Below are positions 42,667 through 51,955 of a DNA stretch of 64,000 bases, one piece after another. A program made the position numbers and the translations under genes. How positions within the stretch are numbered: position 1 is the stretch's first letter; the number at the start of each line of letters is the position of its first letter. A model generated the notes under the pieces. The model had not been told where the DNA came from. It did not search any database and was given only the letters and a program-made list of their open reading frames with translations. This DNA is from an uncultured Alphaproteobacteria bacterium (GTDB lineage Bacteria; Electryoneota; RPQS01): assembly GCA_964530625.1 (NCBI GenBank), contig CAZHAK010000012.1:8654-72653 (forward strand). Direction: 5' to 3'.

Positions 42667-43725
42667 TTGGAGCTAATTTTTGTGAAGGTACTGATAACGG
42701 GCGGCGCGGGATTCCTCGGACTACACACCGCGCTGTGTTTTGCGGAGCATGGCTGGGACCTGATTTTAACGGACATAGCACCCTTTGAGACGTCGGAATA
42801 TCCGGCGGGAACGGTTTTTCTTGAGCACGATGTGCGGGACAAAGCCGGGCTGGACAAAATCTTGTCGGAATACAAAGTGGACGTGATTGTCCATGGCGCG
42901 GCAGCTCTGCCTCTCTGGAAGCCGAAGGACATTTTTGAGATAAACGTGGAAGGCACGCGCCGCGTACTGGAATCGGCCAAACAAGCAGGGATAGACCGCG
43001 TCGTGTTTGTCTCGTCAACGGCGGTCTACGGCATTCCCGATCATCACCCCTTGTACGAAACGGACAGAGTGCATGGCGTAGGTCCGTATGGCGAGAGCAA
43101 GATTCAAGCGGAAGACGTTTGTTTCAAGTTTCGCTCAGCCGACTTCTGTGTGCCGGTGATTCGTCCCAAGACGTTTATCGGCACCCATCGTCTGGGAGTC
43201 TTTCAGATTCTTTATGATTGGGTCGAAAGCGGCAAGCGCATTCCGATGATCGGCAAGGGCAACAACCGCTATCAGCTTTTGGAAGTAGACGATCTTGCTG
43301 AGGCGATTTATTTAGGCGCAACGGTTGAGGCGGCTCGCGCGAATGATACATTCAACATCGGCGCGGAAGAATTCAAGACCGTCAGAGAAGACATGGGCGC
43401 AATGTGCCACTATGCGGGTAACGGTGCGCGTCCGTGGGGCACTCCCGCAGGGCCGGTCAAGCTCGCGCTGATGATTTTTGAAGTGATGGGACTTTCGCCT
43501 CTTTATAAATGGGTCTATGGCACGGCGGACCAGGACAGCTTCGTCTCAATTGACAAAGCCAAGCGCGAGCTGGGCTGGAGGCCGAAATACTCGAACGCGC
43601 AGGCCTTGATTCGCAGCTATCAATGGTATTTGGATAACAAGCACACGATTCCCGAAGGCAGCGGCATCACGCACCGCATCGCCTGGAATCAAGGCATCCT
43701 GAAATTCTTCAAACGGTTTATGTGA
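42667..43725 (+). CDS. NAD-dependent epimerase/dehydratase (extended SDR).
   Basis: It has VLITGGAGFLG (Rossmann) and the catalytic PYGESK (YxxxK) motif. 352 aa. Confidence 0.75.
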   Translation: MELIFVKVLITGGAGFLGLHTALCFAEHGWDLILTDIAPFETSEYPAGTVFLEHDVRDKAGLDKILSEYKVDVIVHGAAALPLWKPKDIFEINVEGTRRVLESAKQAGIDRVVFVSSTAVYGIPDHHPLYETDRVHGVGPYGESKIQAEDVCFKFRSADFCVPVIRPKTFIGTHRLGVFQILYDWVESGKRIPMIGKGNNRYQLLEVDDLAEAIYLGATVEAARANDTFNIGAEEFKTVREDMGAMCHYAGNGARPWGTPAGPVKLALMIFEVMGLSPLYKWVYGTADQDSFVSIDKAKRELGWRPKYSNAQALIRSYQWYLDNKHTIPEGSGITHRIAWNQGILKFFKRFM

Positions 43726-43740
43726 TCTGCTGACGGGAGG

Positions 43741-46404
43741 TTGGGAATGAAACTGTCCGCCACAATTGCACTTTCGATAGTTTGCCTGTTCTGTTTACAG
43801 TCAACGATGCTCGCCACTCCCTATTGGACGGAGGCCCAGCTTGACTCAGCGCAAGCCGCGTCCGGTACTGCGTCATTGATTCGCCACGGTGAGACCGGCA
43901 ACCGCTCGCACAGCAGATCGCTTGACGATATTGCTTACTTCGTGAAGTATCGGCAGCTTTGTGATTTTCTGGCTTCGATGCAGGTCACGACACCCGGCGC
44001 GAACTTAGGCGGGATGCGCGAGGGCGAGGTCGGCAGCGACTTCAATATCATTCAGACCGACAACACACAAGAAGCCATTCGCGTTTGGTCGCAATATTCT
44101 ATATGGACGGGCGACACCGCTCGCTATGCGCAGAACATTCGCAACGCCTGGACATATTGCACGGTCTGGCCCGCGTGGCGCGAAGAAGGCGGCGGCTACT
44201 ACGCGATGCACAACTGCGGCTGGGGATTTGAAGCGGCCTACAAATACCGCGAAGCCTACGGCGACACGAGCAAAAACTGGTACGCCGACAGTTGCGCGTG
44301 GTGGGTGAACGGTAATCCGCTAAGTCTGACTTCGATTCTGAATATCGCCGCGCAAGGCTTGGGCATCGGCGGTATGTATCCTCACGCGGTCTATCGTGGC
44401 CGCACGGATTGGCAGGACTTCACATTGGGCCGCGCGCGCATTATTCGCAATTGGTTTCAAGCAAATCCGTCGCGCTTAAATACCGAAACAAGTTGGGCAC
44501 TCTGCGCAGGCACTGCGATTTGGGGAGTCTGCAATTCACTGTGGATAGCCTATCCCGACAGCGGCGCGACGTGGATAAACCAATACGGCACGAATCTCGA
44601 AACATGGGAGTCGCCCTCATCATGGTACAACGCATTTAATACGTGGTACTCGAACGCGACGTTCAGGTTCTGGGAAATCAGTGGCGACTCACTCTATTGG
44701 CATCGCGGGGTTTTCTACGCCGACTCGCTGGTGGGTTTTGACGTGGACAACGACGGCGGCATTCCGCCGGGCACCTGCTGTATCAGCAACGGCAACGACC
44801 ATACTTGGGTCAGTGCCTACATGGGTTGGATGGGACTCGAACGGATAATTTCGTCTGCGCCGATTTCGTTTGTGGATGCGGTCGGATTTTCCAGTCCCTC
44901 AGAGGACGCTGCGTATCTTGCGGGCGATCCGCTTCCGGTTACTGCGCTGGTCGCGAATCAGGGTACGGAAGCATTGCAGGGCCGTGTCTGGGTGTGGGGA
45001 TTGAATTACTCGGACAGCGCAGATTTCACTGCTGGAGCGGGTGACGTCGTGGAGGTACCGATGAGCAATCTTTGGACGCTTGCAGACAACTCCACACTTC
45101 CTGAATCGCCTATGCTATTTTCAAGGGTGCGGGTTATCTTAGAAGGCGACACTTTGCAGGCATTAGATTCTGCGGGCTTTGATATTCGGCGCGGTGGCAT
45201 CGTGCAGGGAACTATCTCGGGCGAGTTTGACATCGCAACGTCCCCCGCCTGCTTGATTGAGTTCTATTCGGATTCCTACCCGGACTCGCTCTGGCACTCG
45301 GTAAATGTCGGCGCGGGCGAGATGTACTCCAATGGCGCTCGTCGCCTGTTGTCGGGCGGCAATCGAATGGTCGTCTACGGGCCAGCTCGCTACTTGATTG
45401 AAGAGATCGCGTTTTACCCATTAACTCCGGAAGAGAATCCGGATGATCTCGATGTGTACCTGACATCATCGGACGTTCTTCTGGTGGATGACGATCTTGG
45501 ACAAAGCTACGAGAATTATATTCTGTCAGCGCTTGATGCCAATGACAGAAATGTGCGCGTCTGGGATCGCCAGTCAACGGTGCTCGGCGATCTGTCTAAT
45601 GTGCCGTGGTTGATTTGGATGACGGGCAACGACGCGGTGACGACTCTTGATGCGCAAGACCATAATACGTTAACGGGCTTTATGCTGGCAGGCGGCGGAG
45701 TGTTATTGACGGGGCAGAACATCACGGATGATCCTCAGAACGAAGACTTCTTACGCGACATAATGCGATGCGAGGAAGATCGCTCGGATACGGACGTGCT
45801 GCGCGCCTATGGCTTAGGCGACGACCCTGACGTGGATGGACAATTCTTGTTGCTGTTAGGCTCACAAGGGGCGCAGAATCAAACAAGCCCCTCCTCTATC
45901 ACTTTGTTAAATGGAGCCACAGCGATCTTTGTCAATGATACGATCACGGAGGAAGTGTGCGGAGTATCAGGACTGCATGGATCTGGCAAGTTTATTTTCC
46001 TGAGCTTCGGACTTGAAGGAGCGTCAGGACAAGCTGGCAGTACGTCGCGCTCCGTGTTTTTATCTGCTGCAGAAGACTGGTTGACAGCACCGCTGCAAGC
46101 AACCATTGATCCACCCGTCGTGTGGAACTTCGAGTTGCTGCCGAGTTTTCCCAATCCTTTCAACGGCCAAGTGCAGATTCGCTGGCTCGCTCCAGATAAT
46201 TCTTCCCGAACTACTCTCCAAGTTTACAATCTTTTGGGCAGGCATGTGACAACCTTGTTTGACGGGTTCGGGAAAATTGGACAAAACTTGGTCACATGGA
46301 ACGGCGCAACATCAAGTGGTGTTCCGGTATCCAGCGGAACGTACTTGGTTCGCTTGACGACGCCGGACGCGACGCTGTCACACTCCATCCGCTTCATCCG
46401 CTGA
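43741..46404 (+). CDS. Large secreted hypothetical protein with a T9SS C-terminal sorting domain.
   Basis: It has the signal peptide MKLSATIALSIVCLFCLQS and a Trp/Tyr-rich N-terminal region. An internal module is shared with the downstream M4/M36 protease. The C-terminus (FPNPFNGQVQIRW...GTYLVRLTT...IRFIR) matches the T9SS CTD. Confidence 0.6.
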   Translation: MGMKLSATIALSIVCLFCLQSTMLATPYWTEAQLDSAQAASGTASLIRHGETGNRSHSRSLDDIAYFVKYRQLCDFLASMQVTTPGANLGGMREGEVGSDFNIIQTDNTQEAIRVWSQYSIWTGDTARYAQNIRNAWTYCTVWPAWREEGGGYYAMHNCGWGFEAAYKYREAYGDTSKNWYADSCAWWVNGNPLSLTSILNIAAQGLGIGGMYPHAVYRGRTDWQDFTLGRARIIRNWFQANPSRLNTETSWALCAGTAIWGVCNSLWIAYPDSGATWINQYGTNLETWESPSSWYNAFNTWYSNATFRFWEISGDSLYWHRGVFYADSLVGFDVDNDGGIPPGTCCISNGNDHTWVSAYMGWMGLERIISSAPISFVDAVGFSSPSEDAAYLAGDPLPVTALVANQGTEALQGRVWVWGLNYSDSADFTAGAGDVVEVPMSNLWTLADNSTLPESPMLFSRVRVILEGDTLQALDSAGFDIRRGGIVQGTISGEFDIATSPACLIEFYSDSYPDSLWHSVNVGAGEMYSNGARRLLSGGNRMVVYGPARYLIEEIAFYPLTPEENPDDLDVYLTSSDVLLVDDDLGQSYENYILSALDANDRNVRVWDRQSTVLGDLSNVPWLIWMTGNDAVTTLDAQDHNTLTGFMLAGGGVLLTGQNITDDPQNEDFLRDIMRCEEDRSDTDVLRAYGLGDDPDVDGQFLLLLGSQGAQNQTSPSSITLLNGATAIFVNDTITEEVCGVSGLHGSGKFIFLSFGLEGASGQAGSTSRSVFLSAAEDWLTAPLQATIDPPVVWNFELLPSFPNPFNGQVQIRWLAPDNSSRTTLQVYNLLGRHVTTLFDGFGKIGQNLVTWNGATSSGVPVSSGTYLVRLTTPDATLSHSIRFIR

Positions 46405-46408
46405 ACCC

Positions 46409-47740
46409 GTGAGCGGCTTCTTTTCGTTTCGCCGCAAGAATCCGGGGCAGGTCTTCGCGTGGGCGACCTACGATTTCGGCAACTCAGCCTTCGCGACGAC
46501 AATCCTTGCCGTAATCTTCAACAAATATTACGCGGGCGTCATCGCTGGCGGCGCGGAGGGAGTTGCGGTGATGGGAACACAGGTTCCCGGCACGACGGTC
46601 TTTAGTTTTTTTGTTTCGGCCAGTATGATTCTGGTCGCGTTGCTGGGGCCGCTACTCTCTGCTCTTTCTGATTTGGGTCACCTGAAACGGCGCATGCTCC
46701 TGCTGCATACAGCGATTGGAGTTGCCGCGACGATGATGCTCGCGACACTCGGCGAAGGCGATTGGCTGATCGGCGGAGTATGGTTTACCATCGCACAATT
46801 TGGTTTTGCCGGAGCCGCGATTTTTTACAACGCGATGCTGCTGGACATCGCGGATCCACAGGATTACGCGAAAGTCTCAAGCATCGGCTGGGCGTGGGGA
46901 TATTTAGGCGGCGGGATGCTGTTGGCTGTGAATCTTGTCATGCTTCAGTATCCGCACTTGCTGGGCCTTCCCGCGGGCTTTTTCACGGTTCAGCACTGTT
47001 TCTTAAGCGCGGCGGTTTGGTGGGCGGTGTTTACAATCCCCATCGCGCTCTCCGTGCGCGGGCAACCGTCTGCGAAAACCGTGAGGATCAAGCAAGCCTT
47101 CCGCGCGTTACTCCGCAGCCTAAGAAGCCTGCGCAAACTTCCGACATTCTCGCGCTTCTTCTTTGCATACTTGCTTTACAATGACGGGATCGAAACCGTA
47201 ATTATCATGGCGTCCATCTTCGGAGATCAGGAGTTACATATGGAAACAGGAGAGCTTGTGCTCTTCTTCCTAATGGTGCAGGGTGTCGCCTTTGTGGGAT
47301 CACTTATTTTTGGAGTGATCGCCAACCGTTGGAACAATCGCGACGCGGTTTTGTTGGGTGTGGGAATCTGGAGTCTAGTTGCGCTCTGGGGTTGGCAGTT
47401 GGGCTGGATGGGCGATGCCTTGCAAGAATACTGGTTTTTGGGAATTCTCGCGGGTCTCGTGTTGGGTGGTACTCAAGCGGCTTCGCGTTCGCTGCAAGCC
47501 ACTCTGATTCCACCCAGTCAATCTGCGGAGTTTTTTAGCTTCTTTGCGGTTTCCGGAAAGTTTGCAAGTGCGGTCGGACCGGCTATCTTCGGAATTGCCG
47601 TTTGGATCACCGGCAGCTTGCGAATCGGGATGTTGTCACTACTGATATTTTTCGTACTCGGCGCATGGCTGCTTTGGGGAGTTTCCGAAGAGCAGGGCCG
47701 TCGGGAAGCACTCGACTTTCAATCAAATAGAGATGAATAA
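46409..47740 (+). CDS. MFS transporter (UMF1-like).
   Basis: The 443-aa ORF has about 12 predicted TM helices and an N-terminal ATYDFGNSAF motif. Confidence 0.75.
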   Translation: MSGFFSFRRKNPGQVFAWATYDFGNSAFATTILAVIFNKYYAGVIAGGAEGVAVMGTQVPGTTVFSFFVSASMILVALLGPLLSALSDLGHLKRRMLLLHTAIGVAATMMLATLGEGDWLIGGVWFTIAQFGFAGAAIFYNAMLLDIADPQDYAKVSSIGWAWGYLGGGMLLAVNLVMLQYPHLLGLPAGFFTVQHCFLSAAVWWAVFTIPIALSVRGQPSAKTVRIKQAFRALLRSLRSLRKLPTFSRFFFAYLLYNDGIETVIIMASIFGDQELHMETGELVLFFLMVQGVAFVGSLIFGVIANRWNNRDAVLLGVGIWSLVALWGWQLGWMGDALQEYWFLGILAGLVLGGTQAASRSLQATLIPPSQSAEFFSFFAVSGKFASAVGPAIFGIAVWITGSLRIGMLSLLIFFVLGAWLLWGVSEEQGRREALDFQSNRDE

Positions 47741-47773
47741 ACCAAGTTTAAAGACTTCAAGACGGGAGATTAC

Positions 47774-48397
47774 ATGAACGTTGCGCGACTCTTTTTTGCA
47801 CTGCTGCTCACATTCAATCTATCCGCACATGCCGAGGAGATGCCCGAACTTGCGACCCTTTTGGCGCTCTTCAGCGCGAGCGCGACAGAGAACGGCACCA
47901 TCCGCTTGAATTGGACCCTCGACCAGCAATCTCCTGCCGTGATAAAATTTCGCGTTTATCGCGGCTATGAAGAACTGGGAAACTTCTCCGTCTTATCCGA
48001 GATTCCGTTTCACGCGGAACAGGGCGCGGCGGACTATCTGTTGAACGACACGTCGGCGATTCCGGGTGTGACCTACTACTACAAGCTCGCGGCACAAGGT
48101 CAACTGAACGAATCCATCTTCCCTGTCGTGATTTCGGCAGGAGTACCATTAGGCGACAAGAACGCGGGTCAGGACGACGAAGCTCCCGCGATCATTCTTC
48201 CCGGTGAGACGGTAAGACTGTACGTGCGCAAATCCGGGCACGTCAAGCTCGAACGCACAGCCCCCGAACAAAAGACACTGATTGATGGCGAGTTAGCATC
48301 GGGAGTCTATGAAGTCGAAGCGGGCCCGGCTGCTCAATCGCTGAAAGTTTGGGCGGGGCAAGCCTACGAGTTTTCGTTAAGCTGGCCGATACAATAA
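47774..48397 (+). CDS. Secreted hypothetical protein with an Fn3-like beta-sandwich.
   Basis: It has the signal peptide MNVARLFFALLLTFNLSAHA. The SD GGGAG is upstream of the ATG. The pattern ...IRLNWT...YRVYRGYEE...YYYKLAA is Fn3-like. Confidence 0.5.
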   Translation: MNVARLFFALLLTFNLSAHAEEMPELATLLALFSASATENGTIRLNWTLDQQSPAVIKFRVYRGYEELGNFSVLSEIPFHAEQGAADYLLNDTSAIPGVTYYYKLAAQGQLNESIFPVVISAGVPLGDKNAGQDDEAPAIILPGETVRLYVRKSGHVKLERTAPEQKTLIDGELASGVYEVEAGPAAQSLKVWAGQAYEFSLSWPIQ

Positions 48398-48415
48398 GCA
48401 GTGTTACGGCTAGCA

Positions 48416-48450
48416 AAAGAGCCACTCCCGTGAGTGGCTCTTCAGCTTAT
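48416..48450. terminator. Bidirectional terminator hairpin.
   Basis: AGAGCCACTCccgtgAGTGGCTCT is flanked by a T-run on both strands (TTTTGC on the minus strand). It lies between convergent genes. Confidence 0.5.
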
Positions 48451-48466
48451 TGAATCTCTATGTCCG

Positions 48467-49315
48467 TTACACTCTCGCGTCCGCGATACACTGTATCAAC
48501 TGCGAGTGAAACTCCTGTGACGCTCCGAGAATGTTTCCCGACTCAAGAAAGTTTTCGTCGCCGTCAAAGTCACTGCACACTCCGCCTGCTTCTCGAACGA
48601 TCAAAGCACCCGCCGCAATGTCCCACGGCGACAGACGGTGCTCCCAAAAACCGTCAAAGATCCCCTGCGCAGTCCAGCATAAGTCCAGCGCGGCGGCGCC
48701 CGCTCTGCGAATGGCGCGGCATCTTGGAAAAATGACCGCGAACTCTTTCAGATAAAGTGTAAGCTCGTCCGAGTGCCGGCGCGGAAATCCCGTCGCCAAG
48801 ACCGCGTCGCCAAGTTTAATTTTGCGTGTAACAGCCAAGCGCTGTGTATTCAAGTAGCTGCCCTTGCCCTTTGCGCCCCAAAACAGCTCGCCCGTTACAG
48901 GATTGTACACGACTCCGCACAGCAGTTCCTGCACACCATCGTCGCGCACTTCAACTAACCCCAGACTGACGGCAAAGACCGGGAACCTCTGTACAAAATT
49001 GGTCGTACCATCGAGAGGGTCAAGATACCAGATCAGTCCGTTCCCTTGGCGGGATGTGCCTTCTTCACAAATTATTCCCGCTTCAGGCATTTCCTTTTGC
49101 AGGAATTCCGACACAACCGCTTCCGATTCAATATCTGCGCGCGTCACAAGATCCCCTCTGCCCTTCTCGCGCACGTCTTTCCCGCTCAGATCTTGCCAGT
49201 AGTTCATCAGCACGTCTCCGGCCTTCAGGCAGGCCAAAATGGCAAGCGACGCCCGCTCGTCGGTTCCAAGGGCCAACTTGCGTGCGTCGCGGAAGAATTC
49301 AGTTGAAGTGTTCAC
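48467..49315 (-). CDS. Inositol monophosphatase family protein (SuhB/CysQ-like).
   Basis: The 282-aa ORF has the signature WYLDPLDGTTNFV and metal-binding motifs. Confidence 0.8.
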   Translation of the reverse strand: MNTSTEFFRDARKLALGTDERASLAILACLKAGDVLMNYWQDLSGKDVREKGRGDLVTRADIESEAVVSEFLQKEMPEAGIICEEGTSRQGNGLIWYLDPLDGTTNFVQRFPVFAVSLGLVEVRDDGVQELLCGVVYNPVTGELFWGAKGKGSYLNTQRLAVTRKIKLGDAVLATGFPRRHSDELTLYLKEFAVIFPRCRAIRRAGAAALDLCWTAQGIFDGFWEHRLSPWDIAAGALIVREAGGVCSDFDGDENFLESGNILGASQEFHSQLIQCIADARV

Positions 49316-49376
49316 GGCCTGTTCATCTCGTATCGTTGTTTGCGTGTCTTTACGATACGATTTCGCAAGCTGACAA

Positions 49377-50129
49377 TCAAGTCTGGGGAGCGTTTCGGGA
49401 GAGCGTCACGGTCAGCACGATGCGCCCGGTTTCCTGCTGGACCTCGTAAGTCGCGCCGTTCTCCCCTAGTCGCGCCAGATACATGTGCAATCCGTCTGTC
49501 TGCAACGGCTCTTCTTCAGTCTCAAAGTATTTCGCCTCCATCACAAGCACGCCAGTGCTGTTGGCAAAATTCGTGGTGACGTTCAATTCAACCAGTCCGC
49601 GCGAAAAGTCATGCGCCGCCAGCGCGCGCAGCACAAACTCGTCAATCACCGCCGCTATATGTTTATACACGGTATAAACCGTGTAGGCATCGCTGGCCAG
49701 ATCAAAGCGCTTGCGCACTTTGTGCTTATAGGTCAAGTTCGCGTCCAGAAACTGCAATTCGTTGCTGACCATCTCAAACAAGGACATCGGACCGGGCGTT
49801 TCCTGTGCGCAACGATGAAAGCGTCTGATAATTACCTGCAAGAGCTCTGTCAAATGACGGGCATTGCGCGACATAATATCGAGATTCGAACAGCTTTTTT
49901 GATGCTGCACTTTCAGGGCTTCGGCAGATTGCGACGCGCCATGCTCAAGCTCTTTAAGCAGCCGTTCCTGCTCGCCTACGCGCATTTCGAGCAGCTGCGT
50001 GGCGCCAATCACTCCGGAGAGTGGGGTCGCGAGATTGTGAACGATACCCGGCAGCAAGCTTCCGAGAAACTCGAGTTCAAGGCTGTCGAAGTGAGCGCTT
50101 GGCTGCTGTTTTGACGTAGAGTCTGTCAT
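49377..50129 (-). CDS. Histidine-kinase-like protein (HisKA H-box; degenerate ATPase region).
   Basis: The H-box reads IVHNLATPLSGVIGATQLL. The C-terminal half has only weak N/G-box resemblance (GENGATYEV). There is no TM or sensor domain and no adjacent response regulator. Confidence 0.45.
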   Translation of the reverse strand: MTDSTSKQQPSAHFDSLELEFLGSLLPGIVHNLATPLSGVIGATQLLEMRVGEQERLLKELEHGASQSAEALKVQHQKSCSNLDIMSRNARHLTELLQVIIRRFHRCAQETPGPMSLFEMVSNELQFLDANLTYKHKVRKRFDLASDAYTVYTVYKHIAAVIDEFVLRALAAHDFSRGLVELNVTTNFANSTGVLVMEAKYFETEEEPLQTDGLHMYLARLGENGATYEVQQETGRIVLTVTLSRNAPQT

Positions 50130-50496
50130 ATGTTTCGGCTTGCTTTTCCTGAAGAAAGTCTGTAAGTTACAAGGGTCAGTGCTGAATCTTGCCGGTCTGA
50201 ACGTGCGTAAACCCGTGAATAATGTTCTGATGCATGTTCAGTATTTGCAAATACAGTTCCCAAGTTATACTGAGCCTCCACTTCTTAGTTGGCAGGCGCA
50301 CATTGTTGCGGCCGAATAGCACCGCTTGCCGCAACTTGCCAAAGAGAGTCCCCATAGCGACTGAATCAAACATCATTCATGCATAAAGCGGCGCACCGCG
50401 TCGTCCCCCGACTCGGAATGTTTTGAAGTATCGCAACGTGAAGTTGCCGGATCATCACACTACGATTGAAAAACATTACCTACCAGTACCATTTCA

Positions 50497-51906
50497 TTGA
50501 CTCGTTTATTTGAACCACGCCGCCACGTCGTCGCCACGTTTTCCGAACAGACAGCGCTGTTTATCTCGCTGATTCGTTGGACAATTTTGGCCCTTGTCGT
50601 GGGAACGGTTGTGGGCGCGTCAACATACGGCTTCATAAAACTGCTCGAGTGGTCGTCTGAAACGGCAGCACAGTTTCCCTATTACTTTTTGGCGATACCG
50701 ATAGCGTTTGTTTTGTCCGCTCTCCTGGTGCACTATCTTGCACCGGACGCGGAGGGCCACGGCACAGAACGGATCATTGACGCGGTGCACAAAAACAGTG
50801 GCCGCATGCGGTTGCGCGTGGTGCCCGTTAAAGTGCTCACAACGGTCATAACCATTGCTGGCGGCGGTAGCGCAGGCAAGGAGGGTCCGGCGGCACAAAT
50901 CGGCGCGGCGCTCGCGTCGGGATTTGCATCGCTCATGAAGCTTAATGACCGCGACCGCAAAAAAATTGTGGTGTGTGGTATTTCGGCGGGCTTTGCCTCA
51001 GTTTTCGGAACACCTGTAGCCGGAGCGATCTTTGGAATAGAAGTGCTGTTTCTGGGTCACTTGATGTACGATGTTTTAGTGCCTTCGTTCATCGCCGGAA
51101 TAACAGCCTATCAGGTTGCCTCCTGGTTGGGACTGCAATACTGGTCGCACGCGATTGTTGAGATTCCTCCTTTGGGTCAGGGCTATGTCATTCAACTGGT
51201 CTTGACCGGTGTCGTGTTCGGCCTCGTGACGGTGTTATTCATCGAGTTCGTGAGATTTTTGAAACGCGCGATGCCGATCTTATGGCCAAACTTCATCGCG
51301 CGCGCGTTTGTCGGAGGCATGGTAGTCGTAGGGATCGCCGTCGTGTTCGGTTTCGAGGTCACGGGCTTGGGCACGGAACATATCGAACACATTTTCGAAG
51401 GGGAACCGGTTACTCCCTTCCTGTGGCTGGGCAAGATTCTCGCAACAGCCGTGACCCTTGAAGCCGGCGGGTCCGGCGGGATAGTCACGCCCATTTTCTT
51501 TGTCGGCGCGGCCGCAGGCAGTTTCTGGGCGGGAATAATTGGTGCCAATGCCGTCACGATGGCCGCACTGGGCACAACCTCCATACTCGCCGGCGCGGCC
51601 AACACACCGATTGCCGCCTCTATGCTGGCGATTGAAATGTTTGGCGCGGATATCGGCCCTTATGCGGCGGGATGCGCAATGGTCTCATTCATCATGACGG
51701 GTCATCGCAGCATCTACCCCAGTCAAGTGCTTTCGGCATCCAAGAGCGATTCATTGGTGGCTCAGTTGAACGAGCCGCTTGCACCCCACACGCGCTCGAC
51801 CTTGAGTACGGAAGGTCAGGAAGAGTTTGATCGAGTTTATTCCTTCCCGATGCGGGTCTGGAGATTCCTTACAATCGGCATCTGGCAATGGAAGCCGCGC
51901 AAATAA
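50497..51906 (+). CDS. clcA: ClC-family chloride channel / Cl-/H+ antiporter.
   Basis: The 469-aa ORF has the selectivity-filter motif GKEGPAAQIG and GxFxP-like segments. The start codon is uncertain. The ORF track uses a TTG with no SD. Confidence 0.8.
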   Translation: MTRLFEPRRHVVATFSEQTALFISLIRWTILALVVGTVVGASTYGFIKLLEWSSETAAQFPYYFLAIPIAFVLSALLVHYLAPDAEGHGTERIIDAVHKNSGRMRLRVVPVKVLTTVITIAGGGSAGKEGPAAQIGAALASGFASLMKLNDRDRKKIVVCGISAGFASVFGTPVAGAIFGIEVLFLGHLMYDVLVPSFIAGITAYQVASWLGLQYWSHAIVEIPPLGQGYVIQLVLTGVVFGLVTVLFIEFVRFLKRAMPILWPNFIARAFVGGMVVVGIAVVFGFEVTGLGTEHIEHIFEGEPVTPFLWLGKILATAVTLEAGGSGGIVTPIFFVGAAAGSFWAGIIGANAVTMAALGTTSILAGAANTPIAASMLAIEMFGADIGPYAAGCAMVSFIMTGHRSIYPSQVLSASKSDSLVAQLNEPLAPHTRSTLSTEGQEEFDRVYSFPMRVWRFLTIGIWQWKPRK

Positions 51907-51937
51907 AAGAAGGCCGCCTGTTTGAGCGGCCTTCTTC
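51907..51937. terminator. Bidirectional terminator hairpin.
   Basis: The sequence AAGAAGGCCGCctgtttgaGCGGCCTTCTT is followed by TTTTATTT on the minus strand. It lies between the convergent clc and ATPase genes. Confidence 0.5.
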
Positions 51938-51955
51938 ACATGTAAACCGGAAACA

